This document shows, one piece after another, positions 47,981 to 61,666 of a stretch of 64,000 nt of DNA. The stretch spans positions 24,490,001-24,554,000 of the forward strand of contig OY740798.1 of assembly GCA_963514005.1 (NCBI GenBank). The letters are read 5' to 3'. The notes below the pieces were generated by a model, which had not been told where the DNA came from, did not search any database, and was given only the letters and a program-made list of their open reading frames with translations. Origin of the DNA: Raja brachyura. Lineage: Eukaryota. The number at the start of each line of letters is the position of its first letter. Position 1 is the first letter of the stretch. A program made the translations under genes and the position numbers.

Positions 47981-50656
47981 CTGTCCAGTCCTAGCAAGAT
48001 TTTACTTTTGAATGAGGTCGCCTCTCATTCTTCCGATTTCTTGTAAAGGTAATTTTTTTTAAAGTCACAAAAATGTGGATGCTAGAAATATTTTGGGAAG
48101 TGAAACATAGTTAACGTTCAGCTCTGTTTCGCTGGTATGGTCTGTTGAGTACTTCTGGTGTTCTTTTTTTTAGCAGCTCAAACACTTCTGTTTGCAGGGT
48201 AACTATGAGGTGGAAAGAATGAGTTATGGGAATTCAGCTTTAAGAGCCAGAAGTGCAGATTAAGGGGAGGTCCTGGGGTGCCATAGTCCTCAATGAGCAA
48301 TTCAATGAGCGGAGGCACAAATCTTTCTTCCTGGGGGTATTAGTTCTTTATTAGTAAGTTAAGAAAAGGACTGTTGTTTACAGTACAAAGCAATCGGAGT
48401 GTTAGGACAGCTGCCATGCTATTACCAGGGGAGGTGATTAACTTGACATGGGGTGCTATAGTGGGACCTTTTCACCTACTTGGATAATGCTACACAGAAA
48501 AAAAGTGCATTGATTTTGGAAAAGGCCAAGAAGCCCATTATCTGGACAGCAATAGAGGATCATTGGATGCTACAAACTCTAGTGGCGTTAATTAATGTGC
48601 CGGGCCAAAGGGTTAAGTGTATTTGAGACAAATGGCTGATGAGAGGTCAGTGATAAGTGGTGCATAACTGGAAGTGTGTGGTTAAATTTGTAACTCCATG
48701 GGGGTTGTATAGGAAGATTTTGTTCTCCCCTCAAAAATAGCATGAATCTGACGAGACGGGTTAAAAATGAAAATATTATATTTATTAAGTGGTTCCTGTT
48801 GGTTTACTCATTTCTTTGTTACAAAGAAGAAAGTTACATTTTACATTTCTTCAGGCCTGTTCACTTTTGAAAGTGGAGTACAAAACCAAAGATCATAGAG
48901 CGGAGCATGATCTTTGTACAAAACTCAGCTGTTCTCTGAAGTCTCATGATTAAAAAATATTGTCATTTTATTTAAATTGTAGCTACCACCTCAATCTCTC
49001 CAACCACTGATATTTGTAATGAGCCAGTTGGTAACAAAACCTCCCCATTTATAATACTTTTAAATTATCAAATGACTTGAGGCCCTTGACAGGAGTGTAA
49101 TAAAAAGTCATACATTAATTTATTACAGCAGACGACCAGCTGGTTGCTCAGAGGATAGTAATTCATTTAAGTTGAATCTTAAAAGAGGAAAGAAAGGTGG
49201 TTTATGAACTAAACTGAGGCTATTGCATTGGCATGGCTACAACGCGTTGATATTAAAATGTAAAGATGCTAAAGAGGTCATAATTGAGTGTGGAAGACTA
49301 GTGAGTGATATTAGATCAGTACAGATTAGTAACAGGGAGGATGGTGTGCGACAGAAGGTTGTGAAAACAAGTATCTCTTTTTTTTTAAAACAAGGAAGCC
49401 AACACAAATCAGTAAATACATTGTGCAGGAAACTGACTTACATTGGTTAATCTGAGACTCCTTTTAAAGCTTAAATGATATGCCAGAGGAATATGTTTTT
49501 GTGCTCAATGACAAGACATACAGCATACAGTATGTAGGAAACTTGAGAGAAAAAGCTAACATTTCCATCCATTCAATTAAATATTAGTTATCCATTCTTT
49601 TCAACTAAATGCACTTTCACTCGTTACATTTAGATTGTAAATTGGTGGAAATGGTAATCACATTGAAACATTACACATCTACATTATTACACAAAGTAGG
49701 AAAATTAGTATTTATATATGCAGGCATTATCTGTTGAAAGACAAAGAGTTAATATTTCAGGTCTTCATCACAATTAGGAAAAAAAAAAAAAATTATGTTG
49801 CAGAGGGTGGGGTATGTGGGGTGGGAGATGAATAGGACACTGTTAATGCCTCTGATAGTGTGTTGCCAGGATTGACATAACATTTATGTAGACCATTGGA
49901 AAGAGACAAAAACATGCAAAATATGTGAAATTTCGAGATCAGCATCGGTGGACAGGGAAACAGTTAAAGTTACACATAGATAATCTACAGATATGGCCAA
50001 TGCTGATGCAAATAGAGGTAACAAGTTAACAGAAATCAGTGTATTATATTGGGCTTCATTAGAACAGTGCCAGGTGACACAGATAGCTCAGAGTGGGAGT
50101 AGGATGGAAAAGCAAGTGACCTGCACAGGAATAAAATCAGGATAATTCCTGCAGAATAAGCAATGCTGCTCCAGTCATGTAATGTTTTGTTTCTCCAGCA
50201 GATACGACATAGGAGCACCCAATTGAATTCAACAGATTGGACGTGATGTAATCAAATTGTAACTTTTATTGAAGGGACTGTTTGGATTGTGGGATGATAT
50301 GAAAGGAAAAGGTAAAATGACAGTAGTCGCATCTCCTGCAGTTGCATGGGACTGCTGTGAGTAGGGAAGCATTTTGTGGAATAGTAGAAAATGGAGCAGC
50401 AAAGCACCGATCAATTTACAATGCTAAAAGAATCGGTGAAGATGTCTCTGGTGGTGGAATCTCATTGAAGGTGGCAAATCTTGCTTATTGCAGAAATTAG
50501 CACCAGATCAAACGTTTGCAAAAACATATGGAGTATTTTATCAGCTGATGATATAACATTAATCATTCCTCCCTGCCCAATTTCCATATTCCCATTGTTC
50601 TATCCATTTCTCCATCCTTTCAATTTTTCTTTTGTAGTTCCGATGCAGGGCCTTCT

Positions 50657-51351
50657 GGGCCTGTCCCACATAGGCGACTGTCAAGTTGCCGGCAGTCACC
50701 TGAAAAACCGGCAATTGGAACGGCGACTTTCAGAGTGGAACGCACACACACATCGCTTCCTTCACCAGCCCTTTATGCAGGCGGGGGACAGGGCAAGCGG
50801 GGGGAGTGCTGTCTGAGTGAAATTCACACGGTGCAAAGCCAATGTGATACAGACACACACATGAACAGGAAGGTTGGCGCTGTAATTAAGAAGCTAAAAA
50901 GCAGTGTATGGTTAGTCCTTTAAAAGAAGGGGGGAAAGGGGAGAGAGGGGGGAGGAGTGGAGACAACTTTTAAGAAGCCAGAGATACACGGCCGTGAAGC
51001 TCGGCGGACATTAACATTACCGGTCGGTTATCCTTGGTTCCAAAAACTACTGCTTTAGTTTTTTTCTCCTAATGAGCAAATGAAATTCACTGGTCAGCAC
51101 CGGCTGCAACCTAAGAGAACCTTCGACCTACTGGCAACCCACCATGACCTCCTGGCGGCACGAGAATTCTCGCTACTCTCCATTGTGGCTTCATTCTAGT
51201 CCCTGTTGAAAAATTTGCGGCGACCAAGAGGCTGCGACTAGCTCCCAGAATGCAGGAACTCCTCACGACCATAAAAGTGACTCCCCGGCAACCACCCGTG
51301 AACATGTGGCGACCGCATAGTCTCCTGCAGTCGCCAAAATAGGACAGGCCC
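50657..51351. mobile_element. PIF/Harbinger-like MITE
   Basis: TIR GGGCCTGTCC ... GGACAGGCCC with subterminal gcgac/gtcgc motifs; the same terminus occurs at positions 1-33. Confidence 0.72.
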
Positions 51352-52423
51352 ATTAGACTAGACTAAACATTTTTATTTATCATTTACAGGTTGGCTTAAC
51401 CCTCATTCACAGTTCCTCATCCTGGTGATTTGTACCATCACCTGCCCTACTGCAACTGAGCAGAGACAAATCAGTAGTCAACACCCATCTTAGCTCCATA
51501 CAATATTAATGTTTGGTGTTTTCTTTTTAATATTCATAATAAGGAAATGAAAATAGCAAAAATATGAACACATAGCAACAAATAATTTTTCAATCTCGTA
51601 GATGGAACATGTTTTTATTTCAAGGCATCCTTTCTGGTGTAGTTTCAGCAAAAAAAACAACTCTTGTGTAATATGCATCCCTCATTGCGTACTGTCATAA
51701 TGAAATCAATACGCCAAGTTGTAAAATTCTGTAACACTTAGGCAAAGAACTTTGGAAATGAGATGAGCTGCACTTTGTTGATTATAGCAAAGAATAAAAT
51801 TGATCTGCTTTTTACCAAGAAAATTGACTGATTCTTCATGGCATCTGCACCCAATCACTATCTGCAAGCCCTCCTTTGAGATGGAGAATTAAGATTGAAT
51901 TGTTCTTGATCAACATGTATTAGCTGGGTTCACATAAAAGTGGCATTCTGCTTGGAATAAAAGTATTTGATTTGAGTGAAAGGATTGTAGGAAAAAACAT
52001 TTTTTTTTTTTTAAGCTGGTATGTTACATTTCTAAGGCCTGTACGTAGTGGTTATCTACATAACGCAACAATTTCATTCCCTCTTTCAGGAAGCTGAGGA
52101 ATGGTAGGATAAAGTAGGAAATTGAACATTAAAATTCCATAAACAGCTCTGTGCCTTGTGAAAATAGTGATTATTTATGAGCCCAAAGTGAATGACATCG
52201 CAATATGTCCCAATCCAAAGACTTCCAGTCAGTCATTGGACAGTAATCATATTCCAGTGCCATGCTCAATTTTAAGGACTCTGCCAAATTTAAACATACC
52301 AAAATCCATTACCAACCTTGATCTGAAATTTTCCTGACACGTCACAAACTAGCTTTCTCGTACCATTTATTTTTGTAGTGATACCTCAATCTTACACAAA
52401 ACACCTTTCAGTTTCCAGGGCAT

Positions 52424-52713
52424 ACAAAAATGCTGGAGAAACTCAGCGGGTGAGGCAGCATCTATTGCGCGAACGAAATAGGCGACGTTTTGGGTCGAGA
52501 CCCTTCTTCAGACTGATGTGGGGGTGGGGGGGGAAGAAGAAGAAAGGAAGAGGTGGAGACAGTGGGCTGTGGGAGAGCTGGGAAGAGGAGGGGAAAGATG
52601 GAGAAAGCAGGGACTACCTGAAAATGGTGAAGTCAATTTTCATACTGCTGGGGTGTAAACTACCCAAGCGAAATATGAGTTGCTGCTCCTCCAATTTACG
52701 GTGGGCCTCACTC
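52424..52713 (-). mobile_element. Penelope-like tail fragment
   Basis: Collinear with 19660-19940; hammerhead-like motif at 52484-52511. Confidence 0.85.
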
Positions 52714-52899
52714 CAGTGTCAATTTCTGAGAATACAGGTTTGTTGGCTTTTTGTTTATGAGCAGAATTCTTTTCATTTTTCAGTGACAGTGATTACGTGG
52801 TCAACGATAAACAGCAAAGGCAGAATTTTAAATGTAAAATAGAATGCCAATTAATCCAGTAAAGCAGCGAAGTATCCTCTACATTATGTGTCAGTACAA

Positions 52900-53880
52900 T
52901 CAAATTAAATACATGCGGAGTTCCGCAGGGGTCAGTGCTCGGGCTGCTACTCTTCATATTGTATATGGATGAGGGGATTGAAGTCTTTGTGGGCAAGTTT
53001 GCAGATGATACTTAAAATAGCTGGATGGGCAGGTAGTGCAGAGAAAGTAGGGACTCTGCAGGAAGGACTTGGACAGGTTGGGAGAGTGGGCAGACAATTG
53101 GCAGATAGAATATAGTGTAGCAAAGTGCGGAGTCAAGCATTTTGGTAGTAGGAATAAAGGTGTAGACTATTTTCTAAATGGGGAGAGAAACTAGAAATCG
53201 AGGTGCAGGATTCCCAAAAATCGAATTGATAGTAAAGAAGGCAAACACAATGCTAGTATTTATTTCAAGAGGGCTAGAATACAAAAATAGGTATGTAATG
53301 CTGAGGCTCGATGCTTTGGTCAGGCCAAATTTGGAGTATTGTAAGCAATTTTGGGCACAATATCTGAGGATATGCTGGCCCTGGAATGGGTCTAGAGGTT
53401 TACAAGAATGATCACAGGAATGAGTGGGTTAACATATGAGCGTTTTACGGCAGTAGGCCTGTAATTGCAGCAGTTTAGAAGAATGAGGAGGGGGGGGGGG
53501 GACCTCACTGAAACGTACTTAATAGTGAAAGGCTTGGATAGAGTGGACGTCGATAGGATGTTTCCACTAGCGGGAGAGTCCAGGACTAGAGGTCATAGCC
53601 TCAGAATTAAAGGACGTTCTTTTAGGAAGGAGATGGAGGAATTTCTTGAGTCAGAGGGTGGTAAATCTGTGGAATTATTTGCCACAGAAGGTTGCGGAGG
53701 CCAAATCAATTGATATTTTCAATGCAGACAAATAGATTCTTGACTAGTACAGGTGTCAGGGGTTATGGGGAGAAGGCAGGAGAATGGGGTTAGGAGGGAG
53801 AGACGGATTAGCCATGATTGAATGGCAGAGTAGACTTGATGGGCCGAATGGCCTAATTCTGCTTCAATCACACGATCTTA
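52900..53880 (+). mobile_element. CR1 LINE 3' part, degraded
   Basis: PQGSVLG, FADD, RTRGHSLRIKG and the 3' UTR. Confidence 0.9.
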
Positions 53881-54059
53881 TGTAATAGATAATAATTTTA
53901 AAATGTTCCTGCTTGTTTTACGAGTTCAGTCTTAATTGATTTGTGAGTTGTGTGAATTCCTGAAGTGAAACTGCAAACTTGCTGGATATTCAAGCATCAT
54001 CCTCAATTCCGTCCATTTCATCTATTTGCATATAAAGCACAATTAACTTTTCAAGTTTG

Positions 54060-55850
54060 GTCTTGAATGCTCAATTTTTTTATTATTAAAGTTCTGTAAC
54101 AGAATACCACCACAGGGTTACAGGAATCTGCAAAAATTATTAATGCTCTGCAATATCACCGCATGGGTTTTCTTTAAAAAAAACCGGCAGATACTCGAAG
54201 TTCCAACTTCATCATCCTTGGTTCTGAATTTCAGACTATTTTTAAACAATAGCTTTGTCAATTTTAACCAGTTTGTTATTTCCATCCAATTCCTCATCAG
54301 CCTTCCAGTGTGATTTTCTGTACTCCAAACACCATTCCTTCATTTCTCCATCTCTGTAAACAACCGCCACTCTATTGCAATGAAGCACACAATCATCATT
54401 GCTAAACCGTGACACTTCTTGATCACAACCCGTGTTAAAGTGCAGCTTAATGCAACAATAAATTAACGTGCTCCCAAAAAAAAACAAAGGTTATCCTGTT
54501 CACCAAGTCATTGAACAGCCATACCGTTCAGCAAACCAACTGCGCAGGCAACCATTTGATTTTTAAATATCATTTTGCACACAAGTCACATCGTGCATTT
54601 TATTAACACAAGCACATCTACAATTTGTGATGTTAACAGTGCATGTTGCAATTAGAATTGTGTGCTGAGTGTGATGAACTCTTTACTCATGAGAAAACAA
54701 GTGCCTGGAAAAGGATAACCAATGTATTTTCTTCCTAATCTTGAAGGTCCTCAAGTTTAACATTAAAAGTTAAACAAAGACAATTTTTTACAACACAAGT
54801 TCAACCCAATTTTGCTTTAATAGCTTGCTGCATATACAGATGGCTCATCCATACACTCAACCAATTACAGTACTTTTTTCTCAGATATTAGAGCTTCATG
54901 TTCAAGTCCAATTTTACATGCTTCTAGGATTGTTTGTACTGAATTGCTCAGTGCTTATGATATCAATGTATTCAAATTTATTTTTAAAAAAAAGACTTGT
55001 ACATAGAGAGCTTAAAAAAGGGCACTGAGGGCACTGCCATTTTCAGCAGCAATGGAATATCATTGACTCTCATATAGCCAAAATCCCAATCAAAAATGAA
55101 GGTGGTGGCTACAGGCATAACACCTCAAATTTTCAAACTTAATGTCTCCATTATATTTAGATCATATATCCTTTGAACTTGTAGAACAGCAAACATGCTG
55201 TTCAATTTAGAAGGCTAGAAGGCTTTCGTAATATCAAAGTGCTATTTATGCATTTACAAATACACATCTGCCATTAAGTAGTGTTATGTTCAGCGTCTGA
55301 TAATCTACATCTGAATACAATCATTTTTAATCTTGGCATGAACAGGAAAATTTGGAGACAATTTTGAGCGTTATCTACCTGTTGTGTCGTATTTACATTA
55401 AAAATGAACTTGAAATGTGGAAAACCAAACCAGACTAATACTAACACTATTATGGATGTAAACACTGAAGGAGCCTGCTAGCCTAAACTACAGATGTGTT
55501 GAAATTATTCCACAAGCCAATGATTTCCTTGCCTGAAATGAAATCAAGGAATAAGCTGTCAACATGACATTTCTCCTTGCTTTTCAGGTTCCTATGGTTT
55601 GGAGACATTTACTTTTCTTTACATTAGTCTCTCTCAGGCCGATGTTCCTCTGAAACTTGTTTTTCTTCTCCAGAGGGCTCTCATGATCAAATTCCCACTT
55701 CTCCGATCATTTTGTCCATTCCATGTTGTAGGAAGTTGAGTGGATTTTGTGGATGATAGAACTGATTTTTTTGTTTGGAACCACTACTGGAAGGAACAAC
55801 ACAAGCTTTCACTACAACCAGTCACACAGTACAATGAATCAAAAGCGAAC
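54060..55850 (-). other. IPO7: Probable IPO7 3' UTR with candidate poly(A) signals
   Basis: Repeat-free AU-rich sequence after the stop; AATAAA on the minus strand at about 54599-54604 and 54079-54084. The true end cannot be determined from sequence alone. Confidence 0.6.
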
Positions 55851-55948
55851 TCAATTCATTCCTGGGGCAGAACCACCAAAATTAAATGAAGTTGGCACTA
55901 CTGGAGCATTGAACTTGTATCCACCATGTTTTTCAATCATTTTGGACT
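55851..55948 (-). CDS. IPO7: IPO7 last coding exon ([32 protein letters not shown])
   Basis: 98 nt; AG 55949-55950; TGA at 55853-55851; characteristic IPO7 C-terminus. Confidence 0.97.
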
Positions 55949-56373
55949 CTGTAATAGGGAGGGAAAAAAACAAAAAAACTCCTTAGGCAACAGGCTCAAA
56001 GTTCCACATTTGACATACTGCAGTAAGATAAGTTTCGTACATTAAAATGTATCTGAATTCTTAACTCCAGTTTCCAAGAATTAGAAAATAGGTGCAGGAG
56101 GCCATTCGGCCCTTCGAGCCAGCACCGCCATTCATTGTGATCATCCACAATCAGTAACCCGTGGCTGCCTTCTCCCCATACCCCTTGATTCCTCGAGCCC
56201 CAAGAGCTCTATTATAATAGGAAGTTCAATTATTACTGCTACTTTGATATTCATCTTTTGAAACAATTGTCATTCTTAATACAATGCCAAATTAATGTAG
56301 GTGCACCAACATTATACAAGTGTCAACTAATATGCAAATGAACAAGGAGCCACTTAAATGGTTACATAAATAC

Positions 56374-56490
56374 CTAGTGCAGCTCGCCTCTGATCTGCAA
56401 GAGTCCCAATGTCTTGCAACTGCTTCCTATGTTCATCAGTAAGATTGCATGTCAAGGCTTGGTACCATGTAGGGTCACAGTTCTGAATGC
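56374..56490 (-). CDS. IPO7: IPO7 penultimate exon ([39 protein letters not shown])
   Basis: 117 nt; AG 56491-56492, GT 56372-56373. Confidence 0.96.
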
Positions 56491-57790
56491 CTGTGAAAGG
56501 AAAATCATGTTTTTTACATCACCCCTTGCCACTATCGAGTGATCATTTGAACAGTAATGACATTTTAAAAATCTGCTCAGTATCTAAGCTACAGCCAATT
56601 AGTACAAATCCATTCATGAAACGAACAGAAAAATTTAGTGAAATATCTTAATTTTAAGTACTTCTGAATCCAGAATTCTCTGTGAAACGTCTCATTTTCC
56701 AGATGCTGCCTTAACTGATGAATGTTTCCATTATACACAGTACCCCAACTCGCCCCCTTCTCTCCCAACTGTACTCTTTTAGAAGATGTACGAGAAAACA
56801 ATCAATTCAACTGGAAAATAGAATAACAAAGTAGACACTAGACATAGTCATTATAAAATAAGATCAGCTCACAGCAGAATCAGAATTAATCTTATTTCAA
56901 AACCCATCCATATTGCACACATGATGGCACAGTACAAATAAATAACTATTTTCTCTTCACTTGTGATTGGAGATGTGCCAGTCTTAACAACCTACGTGAT
57001 TCGTGGAACAATGTCATCGGACTCGCTCTGGGGACACTGTATGCTGAAACCAGAACCCGCCCCAAATTGCCCTTCAGCAGTATTAGTCTATAGAGAAACC
57101 TCAAATGCCTCATACAGGCTATATTTGCGTGTCACGTTAACATGGATCTCCCCAGTCACTGGTAATACTTGGGAATTGGTACTGAGCATTTATCCAGCAA
57201 AGGAACAAATGGATCCAATATAACAGTCTCTAATAAAAGAAGATAATATGCTAGATAACTCAACAGGCTAGGCCTGAAGAACATGGAGAGATGACAATTC
57301 CCATTTTCAGTCTCTCGAGTTTCAAATCTTGAACATGTCTCCATTAAAAAGTGTGCCAGTTAGATGAGTAGTTTGGCCCATGATAAACTTCAAGGAGTGG
57401 CTGCTAATATTAAAAATGCTTAAAGTTGTACTTCGTTGGTTCTATATTTAAAATATAAATTCCAAATAATCAACAACTAAAATATATAGATGTCTCTAGA
57501 ATGTTTAACTATTCCAACATTTTGAAAACTGTTTCATTACATTGAAAACATAAACATGTAGATTTACACGGTGTATAGACCGAACCAATTTCAGTGGTAA
57601 AGCTCCCCGTCCACCACCATAGGTTGGGAGTGAGCATGTTGTGTTTCCGTACTGATCACTTTTTATTCACCATTTCATGCTGGACCGAATTTGTGAACAC
57701 CGTTTGATGATAGGCTTCCTTTACAAAAATAGTCTATACTTGAAAGATGATTAAACTAAATAGGACAGGAAAGTGAAAACTCAAACATAC

Positions 57791-57994
57791 TTTGCAGTAC
57801 AGTCTTGAATATCTGATATTCATCAATATTGCTGTCTTCATTATCAACAATGGTGCAGTATCCTTCAAGGGCTGTCTCTTCTGCATCATCATCTTCCCAT
57901 TCTTCATCATCACCATCCTCGCCAGCTTGCTTTGCTAACATTTCTAGATATTCTTGTCCATCTTCATCAATATCGTCTTCATCGCTACCCAGCT
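57791..57994 (-). CDS. IPO7: IPO7 acidic-loop exon ([46 protein letters not shown]...YQIFKTVLQ)
   Basis: 204 nt; AG 57995-57996, GT 57789-57790. Confidence 0.96.
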
Positions 57995-58249
57995 CTGTCA
58001 AAGAAAAGACAATTAGTAGCTTTAACACAAATAATGAATTTGCAATGAAAACTGCTTTCATCTGCATTGTTCCATTCTCCCCGCTGCTCCTGTAACTTAC
58101 TCAAGGACAAAATGCCACAAGGAGGAGAACACTAAATGTGCTGATATTGCACTTTTTGGAATATATACGGTTAGTATCAGGAATGAAAATCTGTTTGGAA
58201 GCTTGTCACTTAAGAACATCTTACACAATAACAATTACTTCAGGCAAAA

Positions 58250-60230
58250 AACGAGTAACTCAGCAGGACAGGCAACATCTCTGGAGAGAGGGAATTGGTG
58301 ACGTTCTGGGTCGAGATCCTTCTTCAGACGGAGAGTCAGGGGAGAGGGAGACAGAGATATGGAAGGGCGAGTTGTGAAAACAGATCAAGGGGGATGCTGA
58401 TCAAGGAAATGTAAAATGGTTCATTGTTAGCCGAGGGGAAGGTGACGAGGTATACAATCAGTACATTTTTAATCAGGACAGTGAGACTCGTTGGAGAACT
58501 CGGATGGGCGGGCAGAGAGAGAAAGCAAGGGTTATGTGAAGTTAGAGAAATCGTTATTCATACCGCTGAGTTGTTTCTACCACCTTTTTATTTCTACCAG
58601 CCATGTGATATCAACTTGTCCACTCCCCTTACCTCGCCCACTCGGAATGTACAGCCCTCCGCTCACTCTGCAGCAATCCTGACATTATCATCAAACCCGG
58701 CGACCCCTTAGTATTCTGGCGAGCTGACCTCCACCGTGCTGAGGTCAGGTGTCAGCTCTCAGGCACCTCCTCCTATTTATCCTTGGACCATGACCCCACA
58801 AATGAGCACTAGGCCATAATTTCACAAACCATTTCTGATTTTATCACTTCCGACTGTCTGCCCACGACATCCTCCAACCTTATTAACCCAGCCCCGCACG
58901 GCCCGGTTTTACCTTATCCCCAAACATAAACAGAACTGCCCTGGCAAACACATTGTTTCTGCCTGCTCATGTACCACTGAATTCATTTCCACATACCACA
59001 ACTCCATCCTATCTCTCCCCCCCCCCCCGGGCCAATCCCTCCATCCCTATCCATGTCCAAGACACCTCATACGCCCATAGTCTCTTCAATTACTTCCATT
59101 TTCCAGCCCCACATTCCCTCATCTTTACTATGGATGTTCTGTCACTCTACACCTCCATCCCCCACCAGGAAGCCATTAAAGCCCTCCGTTTCTTCCTCAA
59201 CCGCAGAACCAGCCAATTTCCCTCTATCAAAACACTTCTGCGACTCTTCCCACTTCCTCCAAATCATAGCCATGATGCAACACCTGTCCCAATACCCCCT
59301 CCCTCGAGTCCGTCCAAGGAACCAAACAGTCCTTTCACGTGAGGCAGAGGTCCACTTGCACCTCCTCCAACCTCATCTACTGTATCAGCTGTTCCAGGTG
59401 TGGATTTGTATACATCGGCGTGACCAAGCGCTGGCCTGGCAATTGTTTTGCTGAACAACTGCACTCGGTCCACCTAGGCCTATGTGATCTCCCCATTACT
59501 AAACAATAACTCCCATACTGACCTTTCTGTCCTGGGGCTCCTCCACTGTCAGAGCGAGGCCCAACACAAATTGGAGGAACATCATCTCATATTTTGATTG
59601 GGAAGTTTACAACCCAGCGGTATGAATATTGATTTCTTTAACTTCAAGTAACCCGTGCTTTACCTCCCTCTCTCTCTCCCTTCTCCATCCTAGTTCTCAG
59701 AGTTTCACTGTCCTGATTAAATTTTACTGATTGTCAAGTCACTTTTATTTCTATAGCACATTTAAAAACAACTCTCCTTGACCAGTGCTAGTGCAGGTAC
59801 TAACGTGCTACAAACAGTGGTACATAGATCAACAATACATACATAAATACATACATACAGCGCTCCCTCAGAGGACCTCAAGAAAGGCTTGAGTAGAAAT
59901 AAGATTAAAGTCTAGACTTAAGAGTTGATGGAGGGGGCAGTTCTGATGGGAAGAGGGATTCTGTTCCATAGTCCAGGTGCTGCAATTGTATGCCTCGTTT
60001 TCACCTTCCCCTCAGCTAACAATGAACTATTCCACATTTCTTTGAAAATTGTCCCCTTTGATCTGTTTTCACACCTGACCCTCCCATATCTCTATGTCTC
60101 CCTATTCCCTGACGCCCAAAACGCCACCCATTCCTTCTCTCCAGAGATGTTGCCTGTGCAAAGAATGCTGCGTTCTCCAGCATTTTGTGTTTATCTGTTG
60201 TAAACTAGTATCTGCAGTCTCTTCCAACAC
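58250..60230. mobile_element. Penelope-like element with inverted terminal (pseudo-LTR-like) arrangement in an IPO7 intron
   Basis: Minus-strand tail 58250-58575; plus-strand RT (FTMDVLSLYTSIPH) and GIY-YIG remnants 58590-59600; plus-strand tail to 60230; unrelated insert at about 59735-59985. Confidence 0.82.
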
Positions 60231-60610
60231 AATTACTTATAGTTCAATTCCAAAGAACACTCAGCACGTTTGAACTATCCTTGCATCGCTATGAATAGGG
60301 GAGTAAAGTAGTATTGTTATTCAGAATAAAGCTAATATTAACCTTTCTACAGTAAATCACATCACCAGGCTCTATTAGAGTTCACAATTCAAGAAAAAAT
60401 CAAGCACTATGAAAAGGGCTGAATCACTAAGATAATTTGGCCTCACTATAAAATCGTTCAATCTTAGCTTTCCTAATTTACATTATCATGTATTAGACAC
60501 CAGAAAATGTCAACTCGCTCTTAATCGCCACTTATATTAGGTCTACAATTTATTACCAAGTATTATGTATTCTAAATGGGATATAAAAATACAAATAGAA
60601 CTCAGCCTAC

Positions 60611-60816
60611 CATTTTCATCATCATCTTCTCCATCGTCATCATCATCACTATCGTTTTCATGCTCTGCACGACAAGCATATGCTCTTTTGAGTCCACCAA
60701 AAAGAAGAGTGAGAGCTGGTAGAATCTGTCCCACAACCTGGTTCACAATTTGTGGTCTCTGCTCAAGTTCAATCAATGCACAAAGGCCAAGGACGCACAT
60801 TTTCCGATCATGCAAA
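60611..60816 (-). CDS. IPO7: IPO7 internal exon ([21 protein letters not shown]...[19 protein letters not shown])
   Basis: 206 nt; AG 60817-60818, GT 60609-60610. Confidence 0.97.
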
Positions 60817-61274
60817 CTGGGCAAAAGGAAGAGGAAGTCATTGAATATGAACAATTACAATTTAGTTCACCTAAATTGTATGGCGACATACAACCACAAT
60901 TAATAAATGCATTCACTGTATGGAGTAACATGTTAATTTAATTTTGTAGGTTATGTCAATAGATTATTTGCATCCATAATACTGAAAAGGTGGAGTTCAA
61001 AAGCACCATATTCCATCTCAACAATGAAATGGAAGAGCATATTTCATGTAGTGTAATATCACGATTTGATGTTCAAAACTATAAATCTGCATTTCCCATT
61101 CACTACTCAGGGAAGTGCCATCCCAAACATCATAATTCCATTGGCAATATTACTACTTTGAGCTAACTAAAATTAGCTATTATTTCGATTTTCAATTATC
61201 AAAAATATCAATTCAGAAGCAGAGGATTTCACATCTATCCCAAGTCTATTCTCAGCTCAGAACTCTATAACCTA

Positions 61275-61447
61275 TAGTGCCCTCCATAATGTTTGGGACA
61301 AAGATCCTTCATTTATTTATTTTCCTCTGTACTCCACAATTGGAGATTTGTAATAGAAAAAAAAATCACAAGTAGTTAAAGTGCACATTGTCAGCCTTTT
61401 TTTTCTTTTTAAAAAGGGTATTTTTATATATTTTGGTTTCACCATAA
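61275..61447 (+). mobile_element. Left TIR fragment of the second Tc1 family
   Basis: TA|tagtgccctccataatgtttgggacaaag...; matches 22363-22510. Confidence 0.85.
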
Positions 61448-61666
61448 TTTCAGTGACCCACTTCAGGACATATGACAATAAAACACTCGAGTCAATTGCC
61501 TTTACCATAATTGTTGAGGAACCTCTAGTCGTTATTGTTCTATGTACTACTGTATGACATGGTGTACTGTATCCTGAAGTAATCTAAAGGTTTGCCACCT
61601 GGTTAACAGCTTACACTCCTCTTCATTATCAAATCCCTTCATAACCTGCATTTTCATACCCAGTAA

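Noticed and set aside
57829-60903. Plus-strand poly-Ser ORFs (57829..58095, 60565..60903)
   Set aside because: Antisense shadows of the acidic IPO7 exons.
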